33,731 nt of DNA, taken from positions 1 through 33,731 of the forward strand of contig JAPLML010000066.1 in NCBI GenBank assembly GCA_026387055.1, in the 5' to 3' direction. Numbering within the stretch: position 1 is the stretch's first letter; each line of letters starts with the position of its first letter. This stretch comes from Planctomycetota bacterium. Its GTDB lineage: Bacteria; Planctomycetota; Phycisphaerae; FEN-1346. The position numbers and the translations under genes were made by a program. The notes below the pieces were generated by a model. That model made no database searches. It was not told the origin of the DNA and saw only the letters and a program-made list of their open reading frames with translations. This document shows positions 1 to 8,267 of this stretch, piece by piece.

Positions 1-1131
1 GTTCGCGCCCGTCACGATGCCGTCTTCATCATACTCGTAGTGATGCACGAGCGTGCCGCGCGGCACTTCGGTGAGGCCGACGCCGTCGCCCTGGCGGCCC
101 TTGGGCCACTTCATCGGGGGCTTTTCGTCCTGGATGCCGTCGGCGATGAGCTCATCGAGCAGCCGCAGGACTTCGTAGAAGCAGTGGACGCTCTCGATGA
201 CCTGAGCGGTGTTGTTGTGGAAGGTGTTCGAGTTCGGGGCCGCCAGGCCGACCTTCCGGGCCGCCTCCTTGGCCTTCGGGTGAAGCAGCTTGGAGTTGTT
301 GTTGAAGCGCGCCAGTGCCCCGACCATCAAGCTGCTGCGCTTGTTCTTGACGTGCTTGGCGCTCGAGTGCTGGACGATGGACTCATGGATGATCTTCTTG
401 TAGTCGTGGATATCGGCGCAGTCGCCGTCGCTGGTCATGAGGTCGCCGCCGTAGAAGGCGTACTCCGTGGCATCGGTCAGCGACTCGTACTCGGTCTCGC
501 GCTTGAACTCGGGGACCTTCAGCGAGGCGTACAGGTCCACGGTGGCCCAGACGTCGGCCTCGTGCGAGGCGATGTGCTGGCGAAGCTCCTTGAGGGTCCG
601 GACGTTCGGCAGCTTCATGTAGCCGCCGGGGACCATGCTGATGGGATGGACGTGGCGGCCGACGAGCACCTCGCAGATGTAGTTGGCGAGCCTCTTGAGG
701 CGCATCGCCCGCAGGACCACGTCGGTGTGAGTCTTCGCGAGCGGGATGACGCTCGGCGCGCCGAAGAAGTCCGGCGCCACGAGGAAGTAGATGTGGAGCC
801 AGTGGCTCTGGAGCTGCTCGGCGTGAAGGACGACTTTGCGCAGCTTGAGCGTCTGCTCGGTGAGCGTGATGCCCATCGCGTCCTCGGTGGCCTTGAGGCT
901 GGCGGTGCCGTGGCCACAGGCGCAGATGCCGCAGATCCGCGTCGTGAGGAACATGGCGTCCTGCCACGAGCGCCCGCGGAGCATCGCCTCGAAAAACCGC
1001 GGCGACTCGGTGACCTCCATCTTGCACTCGACGAGTTCGCCGTCCTCGACCTTGGCGACGATGTTGCCGTGCCCTTCGACGCGCGTCACGTAGTCGACCC
1101 GAACGTCCAGCGTTTTGGATGCCTTCGCCAT
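1..1131 (-). CDS. [NiFe] hydrogenase large (alpha) subunit, group 3b / sulfhydrogenase-like; C-terminal part lies beyond the window start
   Basis: Absent from the ORF track because it has no in-window stop. Hand translation from ATG (complement of 1129-1131) gives MAKASKTLDVRVDYVTRVEGHGNIV...TTRICGICACGHGTASLKA..., open for 377 codons to position 1. RVEGHG and RxCGxCxxxH N-terminal Ni-binding motifs are present. It lies next to the small, gamma and beta subunit genes on the same strand. Confidence 0.9.
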   Translation of the reverse strand, partial: MAKASKTLDVRVDYVTRVEGHGNIVAKVEDGELVECKMEVTESPRFFEAMLRGRSWQDAMFLTTRICGICACGHGTASLKATEDAMGITLTEQTLKLRKVVLHAEQLQSHWLHIYFLVAPDFFGAPSVIPLAKTHTDVVLRAMRLKRLANYICEVLVGRHVHPISMVPGGYMKLPNVRTLKELRQHIASHEADVWATVDLYASLKVPEFKRETEYESLTDATEYAFYGGDLMTSDGDCADIHDYKKIIHESIVQHSSAKHVKNKRSSLMVGALARFNNNSKLLHPKAKEAARKVGLAAPNSNTFHNNTAQVIESVHCFYEVLRLLDELIADGIQDEKPPMKWPKGRQGDGVGLTEVPRGTLVHHYEYDEDGIVTGAN

Positions 1132-1174
1132 GCGATTGGTGCTCCCTCTTATCGATCGCCGCTCTTGCGTTTCA

Positions 1175-1232
1175 CACGCGCCCAGCAAGCTGGGCGGCTA
1201 AATGGCCGCCGCGGCGGGCTCGAATGCCGCCC
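1175..1232. repeat. Family-3 hairpin repeat (CGCGCCCAGCAAGCTGGGCGGCTAA...), copy 1, in the hydrogenase alpha/delta intercistronic spacer
   Basis: The 25-nt core at 1177-1201 recurs at 28373-28397 and, as a variant, at 2965-2989. It contains the palindrome GCCCAGC-AA-GCTGGGC and an outer GGGCGGC...GCCGCCC pairing. Confidence 0.8.
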
Positions 1233-1985
1233 TTACGCTTCCTTCGACACTTCGTCGTAAATGCCTTGGAACAACCGAAACTCCCGCAGCACGTCCTGCA
1301 CCGTCAGGCCAAACTCGGCCATCACATCCTTGGCCGCCTGCGTGTTGGGCTTGTCCACCAAGCCCCGGCAGCCGATGCACTTGTGGCCGGCGCTCGGGCA
1401 CAGGTACGGCTTGCAGCCGGCCCGCGTCACGATGCCCAGGCACGGCACGCCCTTGTGCCAGAGGCAGACGTTGTCGGCCAGCTTGCAGTCGACGCAGACG
1501 GGGTAGTTCGGCAGGCGGAAGGGCTTGCCCATCAGCAGGCACGTGGCCGCCTCCAGGAACTCCGCCGGGTTGAGCGGGCACCCGGGGATCTCGGCGTCGA
1601 CCTTGACCTCGGCCTTCTGCGGCCGCGCGGGGATGTGCGGGACCCACGCCCGCCGCTCGCCGTAGACGTAGCGGGCCACGTCGTCCGGGTCCTGGAAGTT
1701 CTTGAGCATGTTGACGCCGCCGTGGGTCGCGCACGCCCCGAGCGCCACCAGGATGTCGGTCTTGGCCCGGATCTCCTGGATCTTCTCAATGTCGTGCGAC
1801 GTGACGATCGAGCCCTCGACGAAGGCGACGTTGTAGTGCGGCACGTCGCCGTCGGAGGCCTCGCGGAATCGCCCGATGTCGGCCGCCGCCAGGATCGGCA
1901 GCAGGTCCGTCTCGCAGTTGATGACTTGGAGCCCGCACCCCTCGCAGCACGAGAGGCTGTCGAACATCAGAACCGGTCTTGCCAT
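1233..1985 (-). CDS. [NiFe] hydrogenase small (delta) subunit, group 3b-like (NuoB/20 kDa fold)
   Basis: Translation MARPVLMFDSLSCCEGCGLQV... carries the CxxC cluster typical of hydrogenase small subunits. ATG at 1985 is preferred because GAAGGAAA lies 6-7 nt upstream. The ORF track start at 2009 would add MKKKKETR. Confidence 0.85.
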   Translation of the reverse strand: MARPVLMFDSLSCCEGCGLQVINCETDLLPILAAADIGRFREASDGDVPHYNVAFVEGSIVTSHDIEKIQEIRAKTDILVALGACATHGGVNMLKNFQDPDDVARYVYGERRAWVPHIPARPQKAEVKVDAEIPGCPLNPAEFLEAATCLLMGKPFRLPNYPVCVDCKLADNVCLWHKGVPCLGIVTRAGCKPYLCPSAGHKCIGCRGLVDKPNTQAAKDVMAEFGLTVQDVLREFRLFQGIYDEVSKEA

Positions 1986-2048
1986 TCGCGTTTCCTTCTT
2001 CTTTTTCAAATCTCAGATTTCAGACTTGAGATTCGCAGTCCGCAATTG
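1986..2048. repeat. Degenerate heptamer-periodic tract with small hairpin (AATCTCA...TGAGATT) in the gamma/delta intercistronic spacer
   Basis: The mRNA-sense strand reads GCGGACT GCGAATC TCAAGTC TGAAATC TGAGATT. The first units match the GCGGAnT arm units of the heptamer-array elements at 10374, 11661, 13077 and 14027. Confidence 0.55.
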
Positions 2049-2903
2049 TCAGATGCCTTCCCTCAGCTTCTTCACCTGCTCGTACGTGAAAACGGGCCCC
2101 TCGCGGCAGACGTAGATGCCGCGGATCTGGCAGTGGCCGCACTTGCCCACGCCGCACTTCATGTGGCGCTCGAGCGAACAGATGATCCGGTGCTCCGGAA
2201 TGCCCTCGGCCAGCGCCTCCAGGACCGTGAACTTGAACATGATGGGCGGACCGACGATGACCGCGTACGTCCGCGTCGGGTCCACCTCGATCTGCCGGAA
2301 CAGGCGCGTGATGACGCCCACGTTGCCCTTCCACGACGCGTCGCCGCGGTCGACCGTGACGCGCGTGTCGATGTCCTTGCGCTTCGTCCACTCCTCGACC
2401 TCCTGGCGGAAGAGGAGCCACTTCGGCTCGCGCGCGCCGAACAGGATCGTCACCTTGCCGTAGTCCTGGCGGTTGTCGAGGACGTAGCGGATCAGGCTCC
2501 GCGTCGGCGCCAGGCCCAGGCCGCCCGCGACGAACAGGACGTCCTGGCCCTTCATGGCGCTGTAGTCGAAATGGTTGCCGAACGGGCCGCGGATGCCCAG
2601 CCGGTCGCCCTTCCCGAACTTCTTCAGGGCATTGGTGACCATGCCGACGCTGCGCACCGTCAGCTCGAAGGCATCGCCCTGGGTCGGGCTGGAGCAGATG
2701 CTGATGGGCGACTCGCCGATGCCGAAGACCATGCAGCTGACGAACTGGCCCGGCTCGTAGCGCAGCGGTTCGCCTTCGAGGGCGACGCGGAAGAACCGCT
2801 CCGTCTCCGTCATCTGCTCGGCCTCGAGGAGGCGGGCCATCTTCGGGACATACGGGCTCGGCGCGGCCGCGCCCTTCTCGAAATCGACGGCGACTTGGCT
2901 CAC
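2049..2903 (-). CDS. Hydrogenase gamma subunit (FAD/NAD(P)-binding, PyrK/AsrB-like, C-terminal 2Fe-2S)
   Basis: 284-aa ORF with GTG start. It has a ferredoxin-reductase-like core (GQFVSCMVFGIGESPISICSSP, LFVAGGLGLAPTRS) and a C-terminal MKCGVGKCGHCQ cluster motif, as I recall for sulfhydrogenase gamma subunits. Confidence 0.85.
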   Translation of the reverse strand: MSQVAVDFEKGAAAPSPYVPKMARLLEAEQMTETERFFRVALEGEPLRYEPGQFVSCMVFGIGESPISICSSPTQGDAFELTVRSVGMVTNALKKFGKGDRLGIRGPFGNHFDYSAMKGQDVLFVAGGLGLAPTRSLIRYVLDNRQDYGKVTILFGAREPKWLLFRQEVEEWTKRKDIDTRVTVDRGDASWKGNVGVITRLFRQIEVDPTRTYAVIVGPPIMFKFTVLEALAEGIPEHRIICSLERHMKCGVGKCGHCQIRGIYVCREGPVFTYEQVKKLREGI

Positions 2904-2940
2904 AGGTTTCAGCTCCCGCCCCCGTTCGCGGGGGGCTCAT

Positions 2941-2989
2941 CATCTTGATGCTCGATCCATCGACCGCGCCCATCAAGATGGGCGGCTAA
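2941..2989. repeat. Family-3 hairpin repeat, copy 2 (variant CGCGCCCATCAAGATGGGCGGCTAA) in the beta/gamma intercistronic spacer
   Basis: Same core as 1177-1201 but with paired substitutions G->T and C->A that preserve the palindrome (GCCCATC-AA-GATGGGC). Upstream CATCTTGATG (2941-2950) is also complementary to CATCAAGATG. Confidence 0.8.
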
Positions 2990-3007
2990 CCAAGCGGCCA
3001 ACTACCA

Positions 3008-3076
3008 CGCGGTCGCCTTCGGCTCCCCGCTAAAAGCGGCTGGTGTTGCTGTTCAATCCGCAATCCGAAATCCGCC
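3008..3076 (-). repeat. Half-element repeat: heptamer array + GAACAGC + TTTAGCGGGnAGCCGAAGGCGACCGCG, same family as 27103-27186
   Basis: The minus strand reads GGCGGATTTCGGATTGCGGATTGAACAGC...CTTTTAGCGGGGAGCCGAAGGCGACCGCG. The plus strand at 27103-27186 reads ...GCGGAGTGCGGAGTGAACAGC...GTTTAGCGGGCAGCCGAAGGCGACCGCG. Confidence 0.75.
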
Positions 3077-3083
3077 ATGCCTC

Positions 3084-4133
3084 TTATCGGCTGCCTGCGA
3101 TCTGAATGAACGTCTCCTTGATGCTGATGTCGGCGACGCACGCCCGTTCGCACCGGCCGCAGCCGACGCAGCCGCTCCGCCCCGTCTGATCGAGGATGTA
3201 CTTACCCTTGCGGAACATCCGGTGCCTCAGGCGGCTCGAGCGATCCTTGCGGAAGTTCTCGCCGCCCGCCACCTCGGCGAACGGGTCGAGCTGGCACGAA
3301 TCGTAGCGCCGCACGCGGCAGCCCTTCGTCAGGTCCACCGCCACGTCGTCGTCCACGTCCCAGCAGTAACAGGTCGGGCAGGTCGTGTTGCACGAGCCGC
3401 AGGCGAAGCACCGCCGCGCGATCGCCTCCCACACGAGGCTGTCGTACGAGGCGTCGAGAATCTCGGGCAGGTACTTGACCTCGAACGGCAACTGGAAGTG
3501 GAAGTTGCCGCGCTTCTCCTCCGCGAACTTCTGCCGCGCCTGCATGTCCTGTTTCGTGGCCGGCCGGACCTTGGCCTTCTCCACGAGGGCCTCGCCCAGC
3601 GGCGTCTTCACCTCGACGAAGAACCGGTTGCCCTCGGGCGTCAGCATCACGTCGTAGCCGGCCTCCGGGTACAGCGACCCCATGTCGAGGCAGAAGCAGG
3701 TCTCGTCGCACGGGGCCGCGCAGTCGATGCTGACGATGGCCGTGTCGGCCCGCCGCGCCAGGTAGTGCGGGTCCGCGATGTCCTTGGAGAACGCCGCGTC
3801 GAGCGTCTGGATCGCGGTCACGTCGCACGGGTGGACGCCGAACAGGACGTGCGGCTCGTGATCGAGGACCGCGGTCGGCCTGGGATCCGCGCCGATCTGG
3901 TAGGACATCACGGTCTGCCGGGCGGGCCAGAGGAACTTCTTCGGCCCCAGGACCGTGACCGTGTAGTCCAGGCGGACCTCGGCCGGATCCGCGATATACT
4001 CCCAGCCGAACTTCAGGTCGGTCCGGTCCGCCGGCGACGTCTCCTTGAGAACCGGGGCCGCCACCCGACGCTGCGCCGCCAGCGCCTCGATCCATGCCCC
4101 CAGGTCGCTCTTGTTCAGGACTAATGGCAACAT
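3084..4133 (-). CDS. Hydrogenase beta subunit (4Fe-4S, AsrA-like)
   Basis: 349-aa ORF with Cys clusters CFACGSCNTTCPTCYC and CVGCGRCERAC. It is the first gene of the four-gene beta-gamma-delta-alpha arrangement typical of group 3b hydrogenases. Confidence 0.85.
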   Translation of the reverse strand: MLPLVLNKSDLGAWIEALAAQRRVAAPVLKETSPADRTDLKFGWEYIADPAEVRLDYTVTVLGPKKFLWPARQTVMSYQIGADPRPTAVLDHEPHVLFGVHPCDVTAIQTLDAAFSKDIADPHYLARRADTAIVSIDCAAPCDETCFCLDMGSLYPEAGYDVMLTPEGNRFFVEVKTPLGEALVEKAKVRPATKQDMQARQKFAEEKRGNFHFQLPFEVKYLPEILDASYDSLVWEAIARRCFACGSCNTTCPTCYCWDVDDDVAVDLTKGCRVRRYDSCQLDPFAEVAGGENFRKDRSSRLRHRMFRKGKYILDQTGRSGCVGCGRCERACVADISIKETFIQIAGSR

Positions 4134-4201
4134 GCGTGAGTTTCCTTCCCTCTCGTCCCTCGCTCGTGCGGCGGCCGCCTGCCCCGACGCCGGCGCGCCG
4201 C

Positions 4202-4594
4202 TTACTTTCTCATCACGTCGCCGATCGCCTTCAGAAGCCGCTGCGGGTCCACGGGCTTTTCGAGAAAGACCTCGACCGGCATGAACTCCTTGTCCGTCTC
4301 GGGCGAGAACTCAAAGCCCGTCTTCTGCGAGATGCTCGTGAGCATGATGATCGGGATCTTGGCGGTCTTGGGGTCCGCCTTCAGGTCCTGGGCGATGTAG
4401 AACCCCTCGGTATCCTTGGCCATCATCACATCAAGAAGAATACAATCGATGCCGCCCTGGCGGATCCGGGCGACGCCTTCCTTGCCGGTGAAGGCCGACG
4501 CCACGCCGTACCCCGCCCCTTCCAGGATGACCTTCGTGGCTTCGACGACGTCCGGATCGTCGTCGATGATGATGACGGTCTTCTGCTTCGCCAT
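4202..4594 (-). CDS. Single-domain response regulator (CheY-like receiver)
   Basis: MAKQKTVIIIDDDPDVVEATKVILEGAGYGV...ILLDVMMAKD...KIPIIMLTS...EKP is a receiver-domain pattern (DD, D, T/S, K). The internal ATG at 4594 is preferred over the track start at 4690. Only 68 nt separate it from the hydrogenase beta gene. Confidence 0.85.
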   Translation of the reverse strand: MAKQKTVIIIDDDPDVVEATKVILEGAGYGVASAFTGKEGVARIRQGGIDCILLDVMMAKDTEGFYIAQDLKADPKTAKIPIIMLTSISQKTGFEFSPETDKEFMPVEVFLEKPVDPQRLLKAIGDVMRK

Positions 4595-4780
4595 AGCCGT
4601 GCTCTCCCGTAGGTTCGGCTCATCCGAGCCCGCGTCCGGTTCACCCCCGGCCGCGGTCCGCCATACTACCGCGCGGCCGCCCAGCGTCAACCATTCTGCC
4701 GGTCCGCCAACGATACCCCGCGCGGCCCGTGAAATCTTTCACAATCTTCGGCAAAACAAATCGCCCCGAAGGGCCGGCGT

Positions 4781-4808
4781 ATATTAGCAGCATCCCAGAG
4801 CCTGTCAA
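4781..4808 (-). promoter_or_regulatory. Candidate sigma70-type promoter (TTGACA-N16-TAATAT) facing the response regulator/hydrogenase operon
   Basis: The minus strand reads TTGACAggctctgggatgctgcTAATAT in an AT-richer pocket, about 180 nt upstream of the 4594 start. Confidence 0.3.
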
Positions 4809-4848
4809 ACACGAAAAAGGGCAAAACCTCCGCCTCTCGCCACCGCCG

Positions 4849-5376
4849 TTAGAGGGGGAACCCGATCCGCTTCCGCCTCGACGCGGGCGGTGGGACCATC
4901 AGCTCCCGGATGGCCGCCACCAGGGACGCAATCTGCTCGTCGTGGCCTTCCAGCCGCCTCTCCAACTCCGCCAGCTTCCGGGCCAGTTGCTTGTGGGCGG
5001 CCAGCATCTCCCGCAATTTCACGAAGGCCCTCACGACGTAGACGCTCACCTTCACCGCCCGCTCCGAGTTCAGGACGCTCGCCGCCATGATGGCCCCGTG
5101 CTCGGTGAAGGCATAGGGGCGGTACCGCCTGCCACCCCGTCCCTTCTTTGAGGTTCCAATTTGGAACCTCAAACAGGCGAACTCCTCTTTGCTGAGCTGA
5201 AACAGGAAGTCGGGGGGGAACCGACTCAGGTTGCGCTTGACAGCCTTGACCAGAATCTTGGTCTCGACGCCATAGAGTGCAGCCAAGTCCGCATCGAGCA
5301 TCACCCTCTCGCCGCGGATCAGGAGAATCCGCTCCTCGATCTGCCCCACCGGCACAATCGCGCCTTCGCCCATCAT
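4849..5376 (-). CDS. ORF6N (KilA-N-related) DNA-binding domain protein
   Basis: IEERILLIRGERVMLDADLAALYGVETKILVKAVKRNLSRFPPDFLFQL...YRPYAFTEHGAIMAASVLNSERAV is the characteristic ORF6N pattern, followed by a C-terminal coiled-coil-like tail. Confidence 0.8.
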   Translation of the reverse strand: MMGEGAIVPVGQIEERILLIRGERVMLDADLAALYGVETKILVKAVKRNLSRFPPDFLFQLSKEEFACLRFQIGTSKKGRGGRRYRPYAFTEHGAIMAASVLNSERAVKVSVYVVRAFVKLREMLAAHKQLARKLAELERRLEGHDEQIASLVAAIRELMVPPPASRRKRIGFPL

Positions 5377-5481
5377 GGCTGTTCCCCCTGAGCAAGTCGG
5401 ACGAGCGAAGATACCCGGGCGCGGCGAGACTGTCCAGCGTTCAAGCCGACAGCATTCAAGCCCGCAATCTGCGAGATCAAG

Positions 5482-5506
5482 AAAAGGCCGGACGCGCCCC
5501 GGCCTA
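5482..5506 (-). terminator. Rho-independent terminator candidate downstream of hypE remnant
   Basis: The minus strand reads AGGCCGG-GGCGCGT-CCGGCCTTTTCTT: a 6-bp GC stem, 7-nt loop and T-run, about 40 nt after the 5542 stop. Confidence 0.55.
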
Positions 5507-5541
5507 CCTCTTTGTCACTCAGTCACTTCGTGACTGGCCGT

Positions 5542-6374
5542 TCAGCAGATGCGCGGCAGGTCTTCGCCGTAGGGCATCTCGAGGACGCGTTCGCCGCCGA
5601 TCGGTGTACGGAGCGTGACTCGCGGACCGACCTCGGCTGGCGGCAGCACCTCGCCGATCACCGCCGCCTCGCGCCCGAGCGGGTGGTGGCGCATGGCCGC
5701 CAGCGCGGCAGCGCACTCCTGGGGCCGCGCCACAACGACGAACTTCCCCTCGTTCGCCACGTTCAGAACGTCCAGGCCCAGGGCATCGCACGCCCCCGCC
5801 ACGGCCGGCCGCACGGGCACCGACGCCTCGTCGATGCGGATGCGAACGTTGGCCGCCTCGGCCAGCTCGTTCACCGCCGCCGCCAAGCCGCCCCGAGACG
5901 CCGTCCCTTCGGAATGAGGCCGATGCCCGACGTATTGAGGAACATTTGGTCGGCGCTGCCGCGCTCCACAACCTTCGTGTCGCCACAGACCACCGGGACG
6001 CCGACCGACCTCGCCGTCGCAGCCGCCGAATCGAGCACCCGGGCCAGCACCGCCAGCGACAGCCCCTCCTCCAGAATGAGCGCGAGCGAAATGGCCAGCG
6101 GACGGGCCCCGAGGCACGAGAGGTCATTGACGGTGCCCGAGACGGCCAGGCGCCCGATGTCCCCGCCGGGAAACTCCAGCGGCCGCACGACGTAGGAGTC
6201 TGTCGTGAACGCCAGAGCCACCCCGTCCGCCTCGACCCGTGCGGCATCCGCAAGGCGCACGAGTTCGCCACTGGAGTCGCCCGGGGCGAACCGGGAGAGG
6301 ATCTCGCGCCGCACGAGGCTCATCGTCCGCTCTCCCCCGCCACCGTCGGCCAGGAGAATCACGTCGTCCGCCAT
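5542..6374 (-). pseudogene. hypE: hypE (hydrogenase maturation carbamoyl dehydratase) with internal deletion and frameshift
   Basis: The N-terminal part is in ORF 5871..6374 (MADDVILLADGGGGERT...CGDTKVVERGSADQMFLNTSGIGLIP). The C-terminal part is in another frame, ORF 5542..6117 (...RGGLAAAVNELAEAANVRIRIDEASVPVRPAV...NEGKFVVV...HPLGREAAVIGEV...EDLPRIC, ending in the HypE PRIC motif). About 60-65 codons are missing between them, judged against my recollection of E. coli HypE. Confidence 0.7.
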
Positions 6375-6438
6375 GGGCCTCTCCGCTCGGTCCCTGGTGC
6401 CCCCACTTCATCGTACCCGGCGCCCGCCGCCGGCGAGG

Positions 6439-7278
6439 TCAGGACTTCTCGGAACCCTCGAGCTCCTTGCCGCAGTGGGGGCACCGCCGGCCGCGGCGCT
6501 TCTCGTGGTATTTCTCGACGAAGCCGGAACCCAGGATGCCCGCCGGCAGGGCAAACAGGCCGATCCCCAGTATGGCGACGAAGCCCGCCAGGACTTTGCC
6601 GATGGGCGTGATGGGGTACATGTCTCCGTAGCCGACCGTCGTGACGGTCGCGACGGCCCACCACATGGTCGCCGGCATGCTTGAGAATGCCTGCGGCTGG
6701 GCATCCCGCTCCACCAGGTACATCAGCCCGGAGGCCAGCACGACCAAGATCGCGACGATCACGAACGTGGCCACAAGCTCCCCGCGGCGATCCCGCACCA
6801 CGGCCACCAGGAGCCGCACCGACTCGGAGTAGCGGCCGATCTTCAGCAGACGCATCAGCCTCATCAACCGCAGCACCCGGATGAACAAGAGGTCCGTCGG
6901 GACCAGCATCGGTAGGTAGAAGGGCAGGACGGCCACCAAGTCCACCAGGGCCAGCGGCGTCAGAATGTACCGAATCCGACCGAGAACCGGCCTCTGAAAG
7001 CGCGCGTGGCCCGGCACCACCCAGAGCCGCAGCAGGTACTCCACCGTGAACACGGCGACCGAGAAAACCTCGAACCCCCAAAGCTGCCGGCCCCAGGCGA
7101 CCGACAGGTCCTCGACGGAGTCCACCATGACCGCGGTCACGTTCAGGATGATAAGGGCAATGAGGCCCACTTGGACCGCGTGGCCGAGCCGGTCGTCGGG
7201 CCCCGGTGCTTCAAGGATCTGAAAGAGGCGATGACGAAGCTGCCCGATCATGCCCTCCCCTTCTCGCCCCGCCCACAC
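6439..7278 (-). CDS. Voltage-gated-type potassium channel (6TM, TVGYGD filter)
   Basis: Has an S4-like segment RVLRLMRLMRLLKIGR and a selectivity filter ATVTTVGYGDM. The start is ambiguous: GTG at 7278 or ATG at 7251. Confidence 0.85.
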   Translation of the reverse strand: MWAGREGEGMIGQLRHRLFQILEAPGPDDRLGHAVQVGLIALIILNVTAVMVDSVEDLSVAWGRQLWGFEVFSVAVFTVEYLLRLWVVPGHARFQRPVLGRIRYILTPLALVDLVAVLPFYLPMLVPTDLLFIRVLRLMRLMRLLKIGRYSESVRLLVAVVRDRRGELVATFVIVAILVVLASGLMYLVERDAQPQAFSSMPATMWWAVATVTTVGYGDMYPITPIGKVLAGFVAILGIGLFALPAGILGSGFVEKYHEKRRGRRCPHCGKELEGSEKS

Positions 7279-7301
7279 CGGTCTAGCCGACGGGTCACGA
7301 T

Positions 7302-8267
7302 CTACAGCGTCTCGTAGCGGGCCACGGCGCGGAAGATGCCCGCGATCTCGTTGGGCCTGACAAATGTGGGCGCGTGCCGCTCGTTGAGCGGCTGAAGGCG
7401 GACCCGGTCCTCGGCGTCAAAGAAGACGCGTTTGAAGGTCGTCTCGCCGTCGGTCGGACCGCCGGTCATGGCGAACCGCACGAAGCAGTCGTCTCCGGAC
7501 CTGACCGAGGCGGCCGGGCTCAAGATGACCACGTCCCCCTCGTGGTACTTCGGCGCCATCGAGTCGCCGACCACGCGCACGGCAAAGGCGTTCGGGTCCG
7601 AGAGCTCCGTGGGCGCCGCCACGTATTCGTCGGCGATGCCCACCGGGTAGCCGAGGTCCGTGAAGTCCTGCGGATACCCGGCAGCCACCTTGTTGATGAT
7701 CGGGATCGCCCGGACCGCCGCCTGGGGCGTCTCGGCCCGCGCATCGCCCCACTCGGCCAGATGGTGCAGCAGCCCGCTGCGGTAGAGGGCATCGAGGTCC
7801 GCGACGAGCGCCGTCCCGTCCGGCTTCCCCTGCCCCGCACCGGGGGCCGCCTCCGCAGGCAGCGGTGCCGTATCCGGACTGCCGGGCCTCGCGCCCTCCC
7901 TTGCAGCCAAGAGCGCCCGAATCACCTCTTCCGTCGAGTCGAAGACCTCGCGGAGACGGGCGATCCGGGCCTTCACCGCCTCGGGAAGCGCCGAGAAGTG
8001 CGCCCGGGCCACAAGGGCGTCGCCCTCCAGCCCCAGGGCCTCGGCAATCTTCCGGACTTTGTCGTCTCGGGGCGGCGGCGCGTAACCTGTCTCAATCTGC
8101 GACAAGTACGACTTTGCCATCCCCGTCGCCGCCGACAGCATCTCCAGCGTCATGCCGCGCTTCGTCCTTGCCAGACGGACCTCTTGGCCGAAAGCAGCGC
8201 TCTCCGGGCTTATGCCAAGCAACTGGCGAAGGGCACCCAATTCCCTCAAGTTCTCTTTCAGTCCCAC
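7302..8267 (-). CDS. CI/LexA-like repressor (XRE-family HTH + S24 peptidase domain)
   Basis: The N-terminus has the HTH RTKRGMTLEMLSAATGMAKSYLSQIETG. The C-terminus has AVRVVGDSMAPKYHEGDVVI (Ser nucleophile) and ...TTFKRV (Lys). GTG start with GGAGA 7 nt upstream. Confidence 0.85.
   Translation of the reverse strand: MGLKENLRELGALRQLLGISPESAAFGQEVRLARTKRGMTLEMLSAATGMAKSYLSQIETGYAPPPRDDKVRKIAEALGLEGDALVARAHFSALPEAVKARIARLREVFDSTEEVIRALLAAREGARPGSPDTAPLPAEAAPGAGQGKPDGTALVADLDALYRSGLLHHLAEWGDARAETPQAAVRAIPIINKVAAGYPQDFTDLGYPVGIADEYVAAPTELSDPNAFAVRVVGDSMAPKYHEGDVVILSPAASVRSGDDCFVRFAMTGGPTDGETTFKRVFFDAEDRVRLQPLNERHAPTFVRPNEIAGIFRAVARYETL

Noticed and set aside
40-2948. Plus-strand ORFs 40..1260 (406 aa) and 1119..2948 (609 aa)
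   Set aside because: They are antisense to the hydrogenase alpha, delta and gamma genes, whose translations carry diagnostic metal-cluster motifs.
4740-4790. Small hairpin GCCC-TTCG-GGGC followed by a T-rich run (minus strand), considered as a terminator after the ORF6N gene
   Set aside because: The stem is only 3-4 bp and it overlaps the candidate promoter's start region. This is too weak to call.
4595-4848. Checked intergenic regions (also 5377-5541, 8268-8553, 12246-12417, 16040-16171, 18242-18459, 19411-19719) for tRNA, rRNA or tmRNA genes
   Set aside because: I found no T-loop (GGTTCGAnnCC-like) or cloverleaf pattern by eye. The only GGTTCGA string (11647-11653) lies inside the ParB-like CDS.
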